Position numbers and translations under genes: made by a program
Part shown: piece after piece, positions 13,603 to 25,353 of the stretch
Layout of the letters: every line of letters starts with the position of its first letter
Numbering within the stretch: position 1 is the stretch's first letter
The notes under the pieces: generated by a model
Seen by the model: only the letters and a program-made list of their open reading frames with translations
Databases searched by the model: none
What the model was told of the DNA's origin: nothing
Assembly (NCBI GenBank): GCA_951406725.2
Contig: OX597830.1
Span: 21,390,001-21,454,000 of the forward strand
DNA length: 64,000 nucleotides
Direction: 5' to 3'
DNA from: Octopus vulgaris
Taxonomy: Eukaryota

Positions 13603-13610
<8 letters not shown>
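11660..13610 (-). mobile_element. Long family A element with ~300-bp inverted repeats
   Basis: ~11740-12090 is the reverse complement of ~13335-13610. The interior is extremely AT-rich and has the HHR-like core on the minus strand at ~12150-12248. Confidence 0.7.
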
Positions 13611-13638
<28 letters not shown>

Positions 13639-13644
<6 letters not shown>

Positions 13645-13840
13645 TATATAGAAGGAGCTTCTACAGGACTAGAACTGTTTCATTCAAGAGAAATCTTCAG
13701 GAAGCTCCTGAAGATTTCTCTTGAATGAAACAGTTCTAGTCCTGTAGAAGCTCCTTCTATATAATAAATTAATTTTACTCTGCTATGTATTGAGTACCTT
13801 ATTTACTGTGGTTAACCCCGAATCAACCCGGGACCTACAT
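13639..13840 (+). mobile_element. Element with perfect 64-bp hairpin head containing an HHR-like core
   Basis: Arms 13639-13702 and 13706-13769 are exact reverse complements (loop agc). Each arm carries CTGAAGA-t-ttc(tctt)gaa-t-GAAAC. A unique tail runs to (TA)n. Confidence 0.7.
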
Positions 13841-14446
13841 ATATATATATATATATAGATATATATATATATATATACATACATATATACATATATATAT
13901 ATACATACACACTCACATATATACACACACACATATATACATATACACACACACACATGTATATATATATGTATGTGTGTGTATGTATGTATCTTTGTTT
14001 GTATGTATGTATGTCATTATTCAGTTTTATTTATATTCCGCCGAGGTCGACTTTGCTTTTCATCCTTTCGGGATCGATAATTGGTGTACCAGCTGTGTAC
14101 TGGGGTTGGTCTAATCGACTTGCCCCCTCCCCACAAATTTCAGGCCTTGTGCCTGTAGTAGAAAGGATTATTCAGTTTTACTTCAAGATTTCTTGCCAAT
14201 AGAGAAAGAGCCACTTTCTAACCTAGATCCAAGTCTTCTTCACTGGAATTTCAACAACATCAAAAGAGTATTTTTGTATGTATGTATGTATGTATGTGTG
14301 TGGATATGTATGTATATGCACAGATTTGTATGTTTTGTTTTATGTATATCTTCTCATGTCTAGACATGCACATACATACTTAAATGATAAAATCCACGAA
14401 AGTTTTACAAATTTTTACTGTTCCAGTAATTATGTAGCTATGTATG

Positions 14447-14480
<34 letters not shown>

Positions 14481-14726
14481 TATATGTATGTATGTATGTA
14501 TGTATGTGCATATATGACATATATCTTGGCTCTGTGTGGACTGGGATCCTCATTTGCAGCCCCCTGATATCAAATAATCTTTTCTACTCCAGGAATATGG
14601 GGGGGGGGGGGCAGTGGATTAGATCGACTCCAGTACGCAACTGGTACTTAATTTATTGAACCCGAAAGGATGAAAAGCAAAATATATATTCAGAATAGTC
14701 ATGATGTTGTATAACTTCGGTAATAT

Positions 14727-15033
14727 GGAGGCGCAATGGCCCAGTGGTTAGGGCAGCTGACTCGCGGTCGGAGGGTCGCGGTTTCGATTCCCAGACCGGG
14801 CGTTGTGTGTGTTTATTGAGCGAAAACACCTAAAGCTCCACATGGCTCCGGTAGGCTGTGGTGGGTGGCGACCTCTGTTGTACTCTTTCGCCCCAACTTT
14901 CTCTCTTCCTGTTTCTTCAGTAACGCTGCGATGGACTGGCGTCCCGTCCAGCTGGGGGGAACACATACGCCACAGAGACCGGGAAACCAGGCCCATGAGC
15001 CTGGCTAGGCTTGAAAAGAGCGCATAAATAAAT
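14727..15033 (+). mobile_element. SINE family S3 (tRNA head, V-domain-like motif)
   Basis: ggaggcgcaatggcccagtggttaggg (A-box), ggtttcgattcc (B-box), and ctgcgatggactggcgtcccgtccag, which recalls the V-SINE core (from memory). Related copies at 27361-27541 (+) and 40690-40992 (-). Confidence 0.8.
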
Positions 15034-15770
15034 AGAATATGCGTATGAGGAATAGCTTGTAACGCTACATACGAAGTATAAATGAGGGAATTCTATTGTA
15101 TAGTATATTTCTAGTCCTGCTATAAAAAGCGAAAAACTTTTGCAGTTTTACAGTTGTACCTCATATAAGTGTGCCCCACTGGAGTATAATCGCTATTCTT
15201 CTATTGTTTAAACCCTTGTTCTCTCAGGGGGTTCCGACACCAAAAATATTTTAGGGCAACAATAGAAATGTGTATTTATATCTAGCGACACCGTATTAAT
15301 GACACCGTTTTTTGTAATAATTGTTCCTATATTTAGCAAACGACTCCATGAAAATACTTACCGGTGACCTTCTAAAATATTCGCCGCTTAAAAATTGTAC
15401 GTTGTATGTTTCCTTGTAAATGGCTGTTCGTCTCCGAGAAAATTACAGTAATACAAATAAGTCTTAATATTAGTTGTGCAGAAGGCGGTGAGATGGCAAA
15501 ATTGCTACCGGAGCGAGCAAAATGGTGGTAGTAGTAATAGTAGTAGTAGTAGTAGTAACCGTTGTGTAGTTTCGTATAATATATATAGCATGATAGTTTG
15601 TTAGTTAATAGCATTGCATTATAACGTGCTACTACGATGCATGCAGTTCTGCAACGTAATACTCCAGTATTGTTTCTGTTTAATGTACTCTATTAGAGTA
15701 CATCTAATACACTCTATAATATATGAAAACAATATGAGTACACACAGACACACACAGACACACAGACACA

Positions 15771-15810
<40 letters not shown>

Positions 15811-15834
15811 CACACACATATATATATATATATT

Positions 15835-16530
15835 ATATTAAATTGGAGATAAAACCACCATTAGGCAAATCAAACAATGAAAAACTTAAGCTAATACATA
15901 AAATTAATTAATTTATATTATTTTAAATATATATCAAAAGTATTAAAAGTTTAATAAAAGATAATGAGTAAAACACTACGATCGTTTCATGGCTGTCTAA
16001 TTCGTAATAATTCGAGTTATGGTTACAGTCAATCTTCAGGTAATTAAAATATCTAAAATATAATCAGAAATATTTAAACAATATTTTTAAGATATAAATA
16101 ATATAATAATTTTACTTATAATAAACTCTATTATCAAACTAGAAACATAGAACTTAACAATTATGATTATATCAAAATCGACTATAATGTAAAATACTAA
16201 TTTTAATTTATAAGGTAGGAAACCCATCCATAATCTAATATCGGTATTAGTCTATATCTAATTACATAAATATTTAAAAATGACTAATATATATAAATTA
16301 TCAATGAAAATATATAAATGTATATAAATATTATAATTAAGATCTAAAATAATCTCTATAAATAAATGTATATGCACATATAATAAAAACCTAATAAATT
16401 TAATTTTTCATATCTAAAGATGAAATAGCTAATTTCAAAATACAAATAAACAAACTTAAACGAACTTTCGGAAATCTTATGTAAAATACTTTTAGAAATA
16501 ATCAATTCGTAGTAATATAGTATCGAATAA
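15835..16530 (-). mobile_element. Family A element
   Basis: Reverse complement of 2600-3015, extending into sequence shared with 12400-12940. Confidence 0.75.
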
Positions 16531-17260
16531 ATACTCTGGTCATCCTCTTTTCACTTCCTTCCTGTCTTTCACTGTTCTTTAATACAACTTCTGCTGATTC
16601 CAAAGCCACCTCTTTATCGTCCTCTTGCTTCATGAACCTACACTAACCCCACGTTTCAATATTTATCATTTCTTTACATTGTATTTAGACGAAGATCTGT
16701 TCTCTAGTTCCCCTTTGCCATAGTAGCTTCGTTGTTCATTTCAGCTCCAAGTCGAAAGATCCCAGCTCTAGCTTGATACTCTGGACTTATTATTTGCAGC
16801 TTTGGTTTTCATATCGCTCATATGTCAGTCTAAAAACACTTTTTGTTTACTCTGGTGCTTCCCAGATAAGTTATGCGAGGGTTTTTTTTTTTCAGAGTCG
16901 AAATCATATTGACTCTAGGTTATTAGTTAGCTGGAGACGAACACTATTCCTACGAGTTGTCGGCTTGAAAACTTGTTAAGCTATTAATATATACCTTGGA
17001 CGATATCCAAACTACAGTGGAAAAAGCTTGCGACTGGATTTGGTTAAAAAGAGACGGTGAGCGATGGCTAGAAGAATATTGAGGTTTACTTGATAACCAG
17101 TTCATCTAGCAGGCGGGGCCTCATATCAGTGCGCAATGATGCCGTCGAGAGGTAAGCCCCAAAACGGAGCGCATTCTCTCCTGATGACCCCATACACTTG
17201 CTGGCTTCCGGTTTGCGGAGCGTTCGCTGGGTAGCACTTGCATATGCAAGCTGGTTGCAA

Positions 17261-17304
<44 letters not shown>

Positions 17305-17307
17305 ATG

Positions 17308-17364
<57 letters not shown>

Positions 17365-17611
17365 TATTTGAGTAATTGAATGAGTTATCTTATTAAGGAT
17401 AATTCGAAAGATAACCGATACCTGGGTAGCAAATTCACATCAGAAAGAACACGGTTGAAGCTACGTCCCTAGGGCATAGACTACGTGTCTTCGTGCGGAA
17501 ATTTGTATGTTTATTTTAAAAATTATAAGTATATGAAAGAATGGAGTTGAACGACTAGTTAACAAATATCCTTTATATTTGTTAACTAGTCGTTCAACTC
17601 CATTCTTTCAT

Positions 17612-18733
17612 ATACGTGATCTTGGCATAGTTGGAAAACTAGGAGAATGGCTTCACGACTTTCTGAAGAATAGAAGTCAGGTGGTAGTAGCCAATGGGGC
17701 CACTTCCATTAGCACGCAAATAGTGAGCGGTGTTCCACAGGGCACTGTTTTGGGACCACTACTGTTCATAATGGCCCTCTCAGACATGCCCTCAGCCACG
17801 CGGAGAGCCACGATCACAAGTTATGCAGATGATACAAAAGTTTCACAGGCAATACAGAACCCTGAAGACACTAGGCACCTGCAATATGAGCTGGACGAAA
17901 TATACAAGTGGGCTGAAAAGAATAGCATGCAGTTCAATGCTGAAAAGTTTCAAGCTTTATACTATCAGCATGCAAAACTGAATGCAATACCCAAGGAATA
18001 CACTGAACCCGGAGGGATTGCAATCCCAGAGGCACAATCAGTGCGTGACCTGGGTATTCACATGAGTGATGACGCGACCTTTCATGTACATGTTGCTAAA
18101 CTGACAATGAAATGTAGACGGCTGGCTGGCTGGATTCTTAGAACCTTTAGAACAAGAGAACAAGAAACCATGATGGTCCTCTGGAAGACACTTGTCCTAA
18201 GTCACTTTGACTATTGCTCTCAGCTATGGTCACCATCCAGTGTCAAGTTGATCACAGAACTTGAGGCGATCCAACGAAGCTACACAAAGAAGATAGCCTC
18301 TATGCAGAATGTAAGCTACTGGGAAAGACTCAAGAGATTAAAATTATATTCCCTGGAGCGTAGGCGGGAAAGATATGCCATAATATACATCTGGAAGATC
18401 CTGGAGGGAAGTGTCCTGAACTTTGGCATCGAGAGTTACGCAAATGCCAGAACTGGGCGCCACTGCGTGGTGCCTAGGACTCCAAACCTGCCATCAAGAT
18501 GTAGGACAAGATTCTGTGATAGCCTGGGCTTCCGAGGCCCACAGCTCTTCAATATCCTCCCGAAGAACCTGAGAGACCTGCATGGGGTGGATACAGATGT
18601 CTTTAAAATGAAGCTGGATCTCTTCCTGTCAGGTGTCCCAGATGAACCAACTTCACGGCAGGAGGGGCAGATGAGGGCAGCTGCATCGAACTCTCTCATA
18701 CACCAAATAGCAGTTGCTAGAAAGCCTCCATGA
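17612..18733 (+). pseudogene. Reverse transcriptase, C-terminal ~370 aa of LINE ORF2, uninterrupted frame
   Basis: Motifs SGVPQGTVLGPLLF, YADDTK, MQFNAEKFQ, RDLG, DYCSQLWSP, YSLERRRERY. Lacks the endonuclease and N-terminal RT domains. The track start at 17579 lies in flanking DNA. Confidence 0.92.
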
Positions 18734-18821
18734 AGTGAAACCAAGTAGCAACACCAAATGGCGGTGCCCCAGCATGGCCACAGCTCATAAGCTGAAACTA
18801 GAATCAATCAATCAATCAATC
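17616..18821 (+). mobile_element. 5'-truncated non-LTR retrotransposon, CR1/L2 group
   Basis: RT C-terminal half, short 3' UTR and (AATC)n tail. ATAC occurs at both junctions (17612-17615, 18822-18825) as TSD or microhomology. Confidence 0.92.
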
Positions 18822-19200
18822 ATACTTATAATTTTAAAAATAAACATACAAATTTCCGCACGAAGACACATAGTCTATGCCCTAGGGACGTAGCTTCAAC
18901 CGTGTTCTTTCTGATGTGAATTTGCTACCCAGGTATCAGTTATCTTTCGAATTATCCTTAATAAGATAACTCATTCAATTACTCAAATATTCATATACAG
19001 CTTCGTCCAGATCCTGCTATCTTAACAGATACCGCAAATGGAGTTGTTCGAGATTAACGCATCCCTTAAGGACATACCAATACCACCAAAAGAAACCTTC
19101 CTTAAGGAAATTGTCAACAGAGAATAAAGGATATTTGTTAACTAGTCGTTCAACTCCATTCTTTCATATACTTATAATTTAAAAAAAAAAAATATATATA

Positions 19201-19251
<51 letters not shown>

Positions 19252-19342
19252 AACATTAATACTCATAAGAGATAATAACGTTAGTGGCCGCAAGCTTAAA
19301 ACCGTATAGACAAAATTAATAGATAGATATATAAGAATTATA

Positions 19343-19770
19343 GGATCTTTTCGGTTTGAACGGCAGTTTTTTAAAATAATTTCCACGTAACTAAACACTT
19401 TTAAACTTCGTATACTGGTAGAATGTGTTTATAAAACATCTTTTTCTCTTGACTTTATTGAGAAAATTCTATAGTTTGTAAGATATTTGTTGTGTTTTTT
19501 CTTCAATTTCTGCAATTTCAACCAATCAATGACATCTATTGAGGTGAAAACATTCTGTGCCGTATGAATATGTCCCTCGTTTAAGAAACAGATTGGGTTT
19601 ATTTATATTTGTAAAGAAAAAAAGATACCCCCCCTAACCCTAACTAACACTAACTAACCCTAACCCTAAAACAGATTGAAATGCAATAGATCGATACTAG
19701 GGTCATAATTATGGGTGACAATTTCATTTGACACTGCTAGAAAAAACTGCCGTTCAAACCAAAAAGATCC
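19343..19770. mobile_element. Non-autonomous TIR transposon, Merlin-like
   Basis: TIRs ggatcttttcggtttgaacggcagttttt / aaaaactgccgttcaaaccaaaaagatcc. Perfect 8-bp TSD gaattata (19335-19342, 19771-19778). GG...CC termini with an 8-9 bp TSD fit Merlin. Confidence 0.75.
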
Positions 19771-19820
19771 GAATTATATATAACAAAGGCATGCAGAAGT
19801 ACAGGAAAACGTAAGCGAAA

Positions 19821-19821
<1 letters not shown>

Positions 19822-19898
<77 letters not shown>

Positions 19899-19942
19899 TA
19901 ATAATAATAATGATAATAATGATAATAATAATGATAATAATG

Positions 19943-19996
<54 letters not shown>

Positions 19997-19998
19997 TA

Positions 19999-20060
<62 letters not shown>

Positions 20061-20555
20061 TAATAACAATAATAACAACAACAACAACAACAACAACAAC
20101 AATAATAATAATAATACTCTCCTTTTGCATAACCGGAAACGTGGCATTCTACCCCCTGACAATGATAACAAGACACATTAGCATATAACATTAAGATTTA
20201 AGAAGGCTTCAAGAAAAAACTGGGTGAATTACTTTACGAAAACCCTTCTAAAGTCCTCCATATTTTCCTGATAATATTATTTATAGATTATCATCTTTTT
20301 AAAGAGTCGACAAATTTTAGTCTTTAATGAGGACCAACGATATGCAAGTTTAGCTGACCTAAAAAAAAATATGTAAGGAAAAAAAGACAACAATCTCAAC
20401 AATAAAAAAAAATACCTACTTTGTGTTTTATATACATTATTTATTTAGCTTATTTATTTATTTATTTATTTATTTATCTATTGTAGTTTTAAGATCAAAA
20501 CAACGTAAAATTTCTTTATAATGGCATCGAAGTATTTTCGGGTCAGTGGGATCGT

Positions 20556-20619
<64 letters not shown>

Positions 20620-20624
20620 TGATG

Positions 20625-20670
<46 letters not shown>

Positions 20671-20818
20671 CAACAACAACAACAGCAACAACAACAACAA
20701 CAACAATAATAATAATAACAACAACAACAACAATAGCAACAACAACAATAATAATAATAATAATGATGATGATAATAATAATAATAATGATAATAATAAT
20801 AATAATAATAAAATGATG

Positions 20819-20876
<58 letters not shown>

Positions 20877-20980
20877 CAACAACAACAGCAACAACAACAA
20901 CAACAACAATAATAATAATAACAACAACAACAACAACAACAATAGCAACAACAACAATAATAATAATAATAATGATGATG

Positions 20981-21071
<91 letters not shown>

Positions 21072-21090
21072 TAATAATAATAATAATAAT
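19822..21090. repeat. Two long (AAT/AAC)n tracts, the second with ~195-bp higher-order duplication
   Basis: 19822-20115 and 20556-21090. The unit gacaacaac..agcaacaac..aatagcaacaac occurs twice. Confidence 0.9.
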
Positions 21091-22129
21091 CTATACTGTT
21101 GTAATTTTGTCAGTCGAATGTTTAAAGGGTTTTATTTTTTAAAAACTTTTTAATTGTTTTTTTCCCATATTTTAAAATTTTATATTTGGATATTCTATCC
21201 AAATCTATATTATACATGGAACTTATGCCCTGATTTCTATATGTCTGTATGTATGTGTATATACACCTGTGTGAATATCTACATCTATATGCTTATATAC
21301 CTTTGAGTGTCAGTGTGTGTGTGTATGCGTCTCTACACCTGTGTAGGTGTGTATGTATATATATGTGTGTGCGCATGTCCTAATGCATATACCTGTTCTG
21401 CTAATCCGGGATCATTAAGAAAGTAAGGTGGAAGAGAGCAATTTTAATTGATATATCATTAAAACAAGTGTATGTATACATACATGTATGTATATATACA
21501 TATATATATATATACATATATATACACACACATAGATACATATATATGTGTGTGTGTGTGTGTGTGTATAAAGGGAGGTTATCCTACACTAAGCCTAATT
21601 GCAACTGTCAAATTCCTTTCACTGTAACTACCACCACTACCATCACCACCACCACAACCACCACCACCACCACGGTTACTTCTACTTCTACAACTACTAC
21701 CCAACTCACTACTGCTTCTGATACTACTACAACTACTACTGCTTCTGCTGTTGGGGCTACTACTACCACCACCACCACCACCACCACCACTACTACTATC
21801 ACCAGCATATTGAATGTAAAATCCCAAAACAAATAAAGCATTAAAGTTTAGGGAAGAAAGTGAGAGAGAGAGACAGAGAGAGAGACAGAGAGACAGTGAG
21901 AGAGAGAGAGAGCGAGAGAGAGAGAGAGAGAGTGAGAGAAAGGGGGTGGATTAAGAAGAGACGAAGATAGTAAGTGATGCTGGTGAATTAAGGGGTGAAA
22001 GAGTGAGGCTTGGAGATAAGGCTGCTGCTTGGCATCGGGTTTGAACCCACTTCAAACCGATACAGATAATTACCAATTAGCAATGTTAATATGTCATCTT
22101 AAGGATGTGTCCTTGTTTTGTAATGGTTG

Positions 22130-22417
22130 AGATTAGCGGTGATGGTGGTGGTGGTGGTGGTGGTGGTGGTGATGGTGGTGGTGGAGATGGTGGTGGTGAT
22201 GGTGGTTGATATTGATGGTAGTGGTGATTTTGTTGTTCTTCTAGTTGTTGCTGTTGGCGGTGACGGTGGTAGTGTTGTAGTACTATTGCCTTGTAGTAGA
22301 GGTGACTGTAGAGAGTTGGTGGTAATAGAGTAGTGGTTAATGGTAAAGTAATGATAGTGTAACGGTAATAGTAGCGACAGCAGTAGTAGCAGCTGCAGCA
22401 ATAGTACTGGTTGAGTA

Positions 22418-22448
<31 letters not shown>

Positions 22449-22618
22449 TGTTGTTGTTGTTGTTGTTGTTGTAGTAGTAGTAGTAGGAGGAGTAGTAGTA
22501 GTAGCTGTAGCAGTAGTAATAGTAGCAGCAACAGCAGCAGCAGTAGTAGTAGGAGGAGTAGCAGCAGCAGTTGTGGTAGGAGTAGTAGTAGTACTTGCAG
22601 TAGTAGTAGTAGCAGCTG

Positions 22619-22693
<75 letters not shown>
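22130..22693. repeat. (GGT)n and (TAG/CAG)n compound repeat
   Basis: Direct reading. Confidence 0.9.
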
Positions 22694-22696
<3 letters not shown>

Positions 22697-23036
22697 GTCG
22701 TCAATTATGAAATTTGTAGTAAAGTATATGGTAAACTTTGACAGCTGCTCATTTTGCGCCATTATTATATTTTGACAATCTTTATTTTTTGTTAGAAAGA
22801 TGACACATCTATTTCTTTATTCTAACTCATTTTGTGTTTTATAAAGTATTTATAAATCGTTTTTTGCTATTTTTTGTTTAGAGATGGATAAGTCGGAAAT
22901 TCATACATTTTTGAAATATGAGTTCTTTCTTGGAAATACAGCATCACAGACAACTCGGAATATTAATGGAGTATCTCATTCTAATATTATTACACAGCAG
23001 ACAGTATCTTTTCTACTAATTTCATACTTGACGACC

Positions 23037-23038
<2 letters not shown>
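22694..23038 (+). mobile_element. Internally deleted mariner element in (TAG)n
   Basis: TIRs taggtcgtcaattatgaaatttgtag / ctactaatttcatacttgacgaccta. ATG 22884 gives MDKSEIHTFLKYEFFLGNTASQTTRNINGVSHSNIITQQTVS, like the mariner transposase N-terminal HTH (compare FEFKMGRKAAETTRNIN). Confidence 0.85.
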
Positions 23039-23082
<44 letters not shown>

Positions 23083-23229
23083 TGCAGTTGTATCGAACCC
23101 TTTTCAACTGAGTTAGTGGTGGTGAAATGCAATGGTGTGGCTTGGGTGGATGCAGATAGGTTGTGGTGTCCTGTCGAGAGGAAAGTATATCCAGGGTGGG
23201 AGTGTATGTAGTGGTGGATGAGGGATGGC

Positions 23230-23390
23230 TGATGGTCAATGAACTGTTGAAGCTGATGATGATGATATTGACGATGATTACGATGTTGGTGGTTGTGATG
23301 ATTACGATGATGATTATGGGGATGATCATAATGATGACGATGGTGATGATGACCTCAATGACAATGACAATGGGAATGATGATGATGGTA

Positions 23391-23437
<47 letters not shown>

Positions 23438-23439
23438 GG

Positions 23440-23482
<43 letters not shown>

Positions 23483-23720
23483 GATGATGGCGATGATGAT
23501 GATGGCGATGATGATGATGAAGAGGAAGGCTATGATAATGCTAATAATGATGATGACGACGACGACGACGACGACGACGATGATGATGATGATGATGATG
23601 ATAATGATGATAATGGTGATGAGGATGGTGATGATGATGATGATGATGGTGGTGATGGTGATGACGATGATGATGATGAAGACGAAGACGATGATGATGG
23701 TCATGACGATGATGATGCAT
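23230..23720. repeat. (GAT)n compound repeat
   Basis: Direct reading. Confidence 0.9.
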
Positions 23721-24054
23721 GGTCGAATTCCAATGACTGGAACAAGTAAAAGATAAAAGACAACGATGCATTTGGTGTACGGTGCGTCCATGTTTTTGGA
23801 TATGGTAAAATTGCTCTCGTCGCTGTTGTTCTTTATCTCCTGATTAGGCCTGATTATCTAGATATACGACCAAAGATATGCCAGCAAGAATTAGGGTATT
23901 ATTCTGAAGACGTCTAGACCACTGGTTCTCAACTTGGGTCCTTATGACTCCTGGAAGCTCATATAAGAATTTGGAGGGTTCTCCCAAGCAAAATACTAAA
24001 CCGGGTATCTTAATTAGTATTTCAAATTTCCATGAAAATGTTTCCCTTTAAATG

Positions 24055-24196
24055 TATTGGTTCCGGTTTCAGTTCTATATTGGTGGCACCTTGGCCAGGT
24101 ATATTCTGCTATAACCGCAGGCCGACCAAAGCCTTGAGCGGATTTGATAGAAACTGAAAGAAGCCTGTCGGATATATTTATTTGTATGTATCTATG

Positions 24197-24249
<53 letters not shown>

Positions 24250-24472
24250 CTTTGTGTCTGTCCCTCTATCACCGCTTGACCACCGGTGTTGGTGTGTTTA
24301 CGTCCCGTAACTTAGCGGTTCGGCAGAAGAGAACCGATAGAATAAGTATTTGGCTTTAAAAAATAAGTCCTCGGGTCGATTTGTTTGGCTAAAACCCTTA
24401 AAGGCAGTGCTCCAGCATGGCCGCAGTGGAATGACGGAAACTAATAAAAGAGTAAAAAGAGTAAAAAGAGTA
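24055..24472 (+). mobile_element. SINE family S2 (diverged, head truncated)
   Basis: ggcaccttggccagg CORE-like segment, internal TG/TA tract, tail ggcagtgctccagcatggccgcag...aaaagagt. Confidence 0.8.
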
Positions 24473-24756
24473 ACCGTTGATTTATACCAAAATGGCCAGA
24501 AATGAGAAGTGTTTTTTTTTTTCCTTCCATTTTTCCATTTAACTTAACGCGTGTGATTTGGAGTAGTTTGACTGCTATTTCTAACAGGCTGAGAGACTAC
24601 TATGAGTAGGCATGGCCAACCTTTTCTTTTTTGCTAGAAGCTGGCCACATGAGACGTTACTCATCATCAAGTCGGCCGCATTACTAAAACAAACGGGAAA
24701 AAAAATCAAGGTAATTTTTCGTTAGGCGTGCCATTGAGAACGTCCCGCGGACCGCA

Positions 24757-24808
24757 GTGGTGTTGTTGTTGTTGGTGGTGGTGATGGTGTTGGTGGTGGT
24801 GGTGGTGG

Positions 24809-24839
<31 letters not shown>

Positions 24840-25102
24840 GGTGCTGCTGCTGCTGCTGCTGCTGCTGCGCTTCAAAGTGAGTATAATTGTGCTGATGATG
24901 GCGTGCTCAAGAGTGTGGCCGAAGAGAGGTATGGCCTACAATAATGAATGTGGTAGTAGTAGTAGTAGTAGTGGTAGTAGTAGTAGTAGTGGTGGTGATG
25001 GTGGTGGTGTTGATGATAGTGATGGCATTGTTGTTGTTGGTAGTGATGGTGATGGTACTGCTGGCGATGGTACTGCTGCTAGTGTTGGTGGTGGTGATGG
25101 TG

Positions 25103-25161
<59 letters not shown>

Positions 25162-25294
25162 GGTGGTGGTGGTGGTGGTGGTGTTGGTGTTGGTGGTGTT
25201 GATGATAGTGATGGCATTGTTGTTGTTGGTAGTGATGGTGATGGTACTGCTGGCGATGGTACTGCTGCTAGTGTTGGTGGTGGTGATGGTGGTA

Positions 25295-25353
<59 letters not shown>

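Larger units (their letters stand above)
17364..19185 (+). mobile_element. Penelope-like element remnant (inverted pLTR, pLTR, ORF start, partial pLTR) interrupted by a LINE
   Basis: 17364-17569 is the reverse complement of 17575-17615 joined to 18826-18990. 19124-19185 directly repeats the pLTR start. Short ORF 19038-19127 reads MELFEINASLKDIPIPPKETFLKEIVNRE, resembling the S.K.IPIP N-terminus I recall from Penelope ORFs. Confidence 0.65.

Noticed and set aside
14727-14800. tRNA genes (also 5890-5960, 27361, 32520-32592)
   Set aside because: A/B boxes are present, but acceptor stems are incomplete and each runs into a SINE body. These are SINE heads.
17579-17611. N-terminus MLTSRSTPFFH of the 384-aa ORF
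   Set aside because: Derived from the flanking palindrome arm with a TTG start. The LINE is 5'-truncated, so this is not a full gene.
18905-18965. Hammerhead in the 17364-19185 pLTR (CTGATGT...GAAT)
   Set aside because: Both core segments deviate and there is no clear stem I or cleavage triplet, so it is not counted.
19632-19670. Telomere
   Set aside because: Only a few degenerate TAACCC units inside a TIR element.
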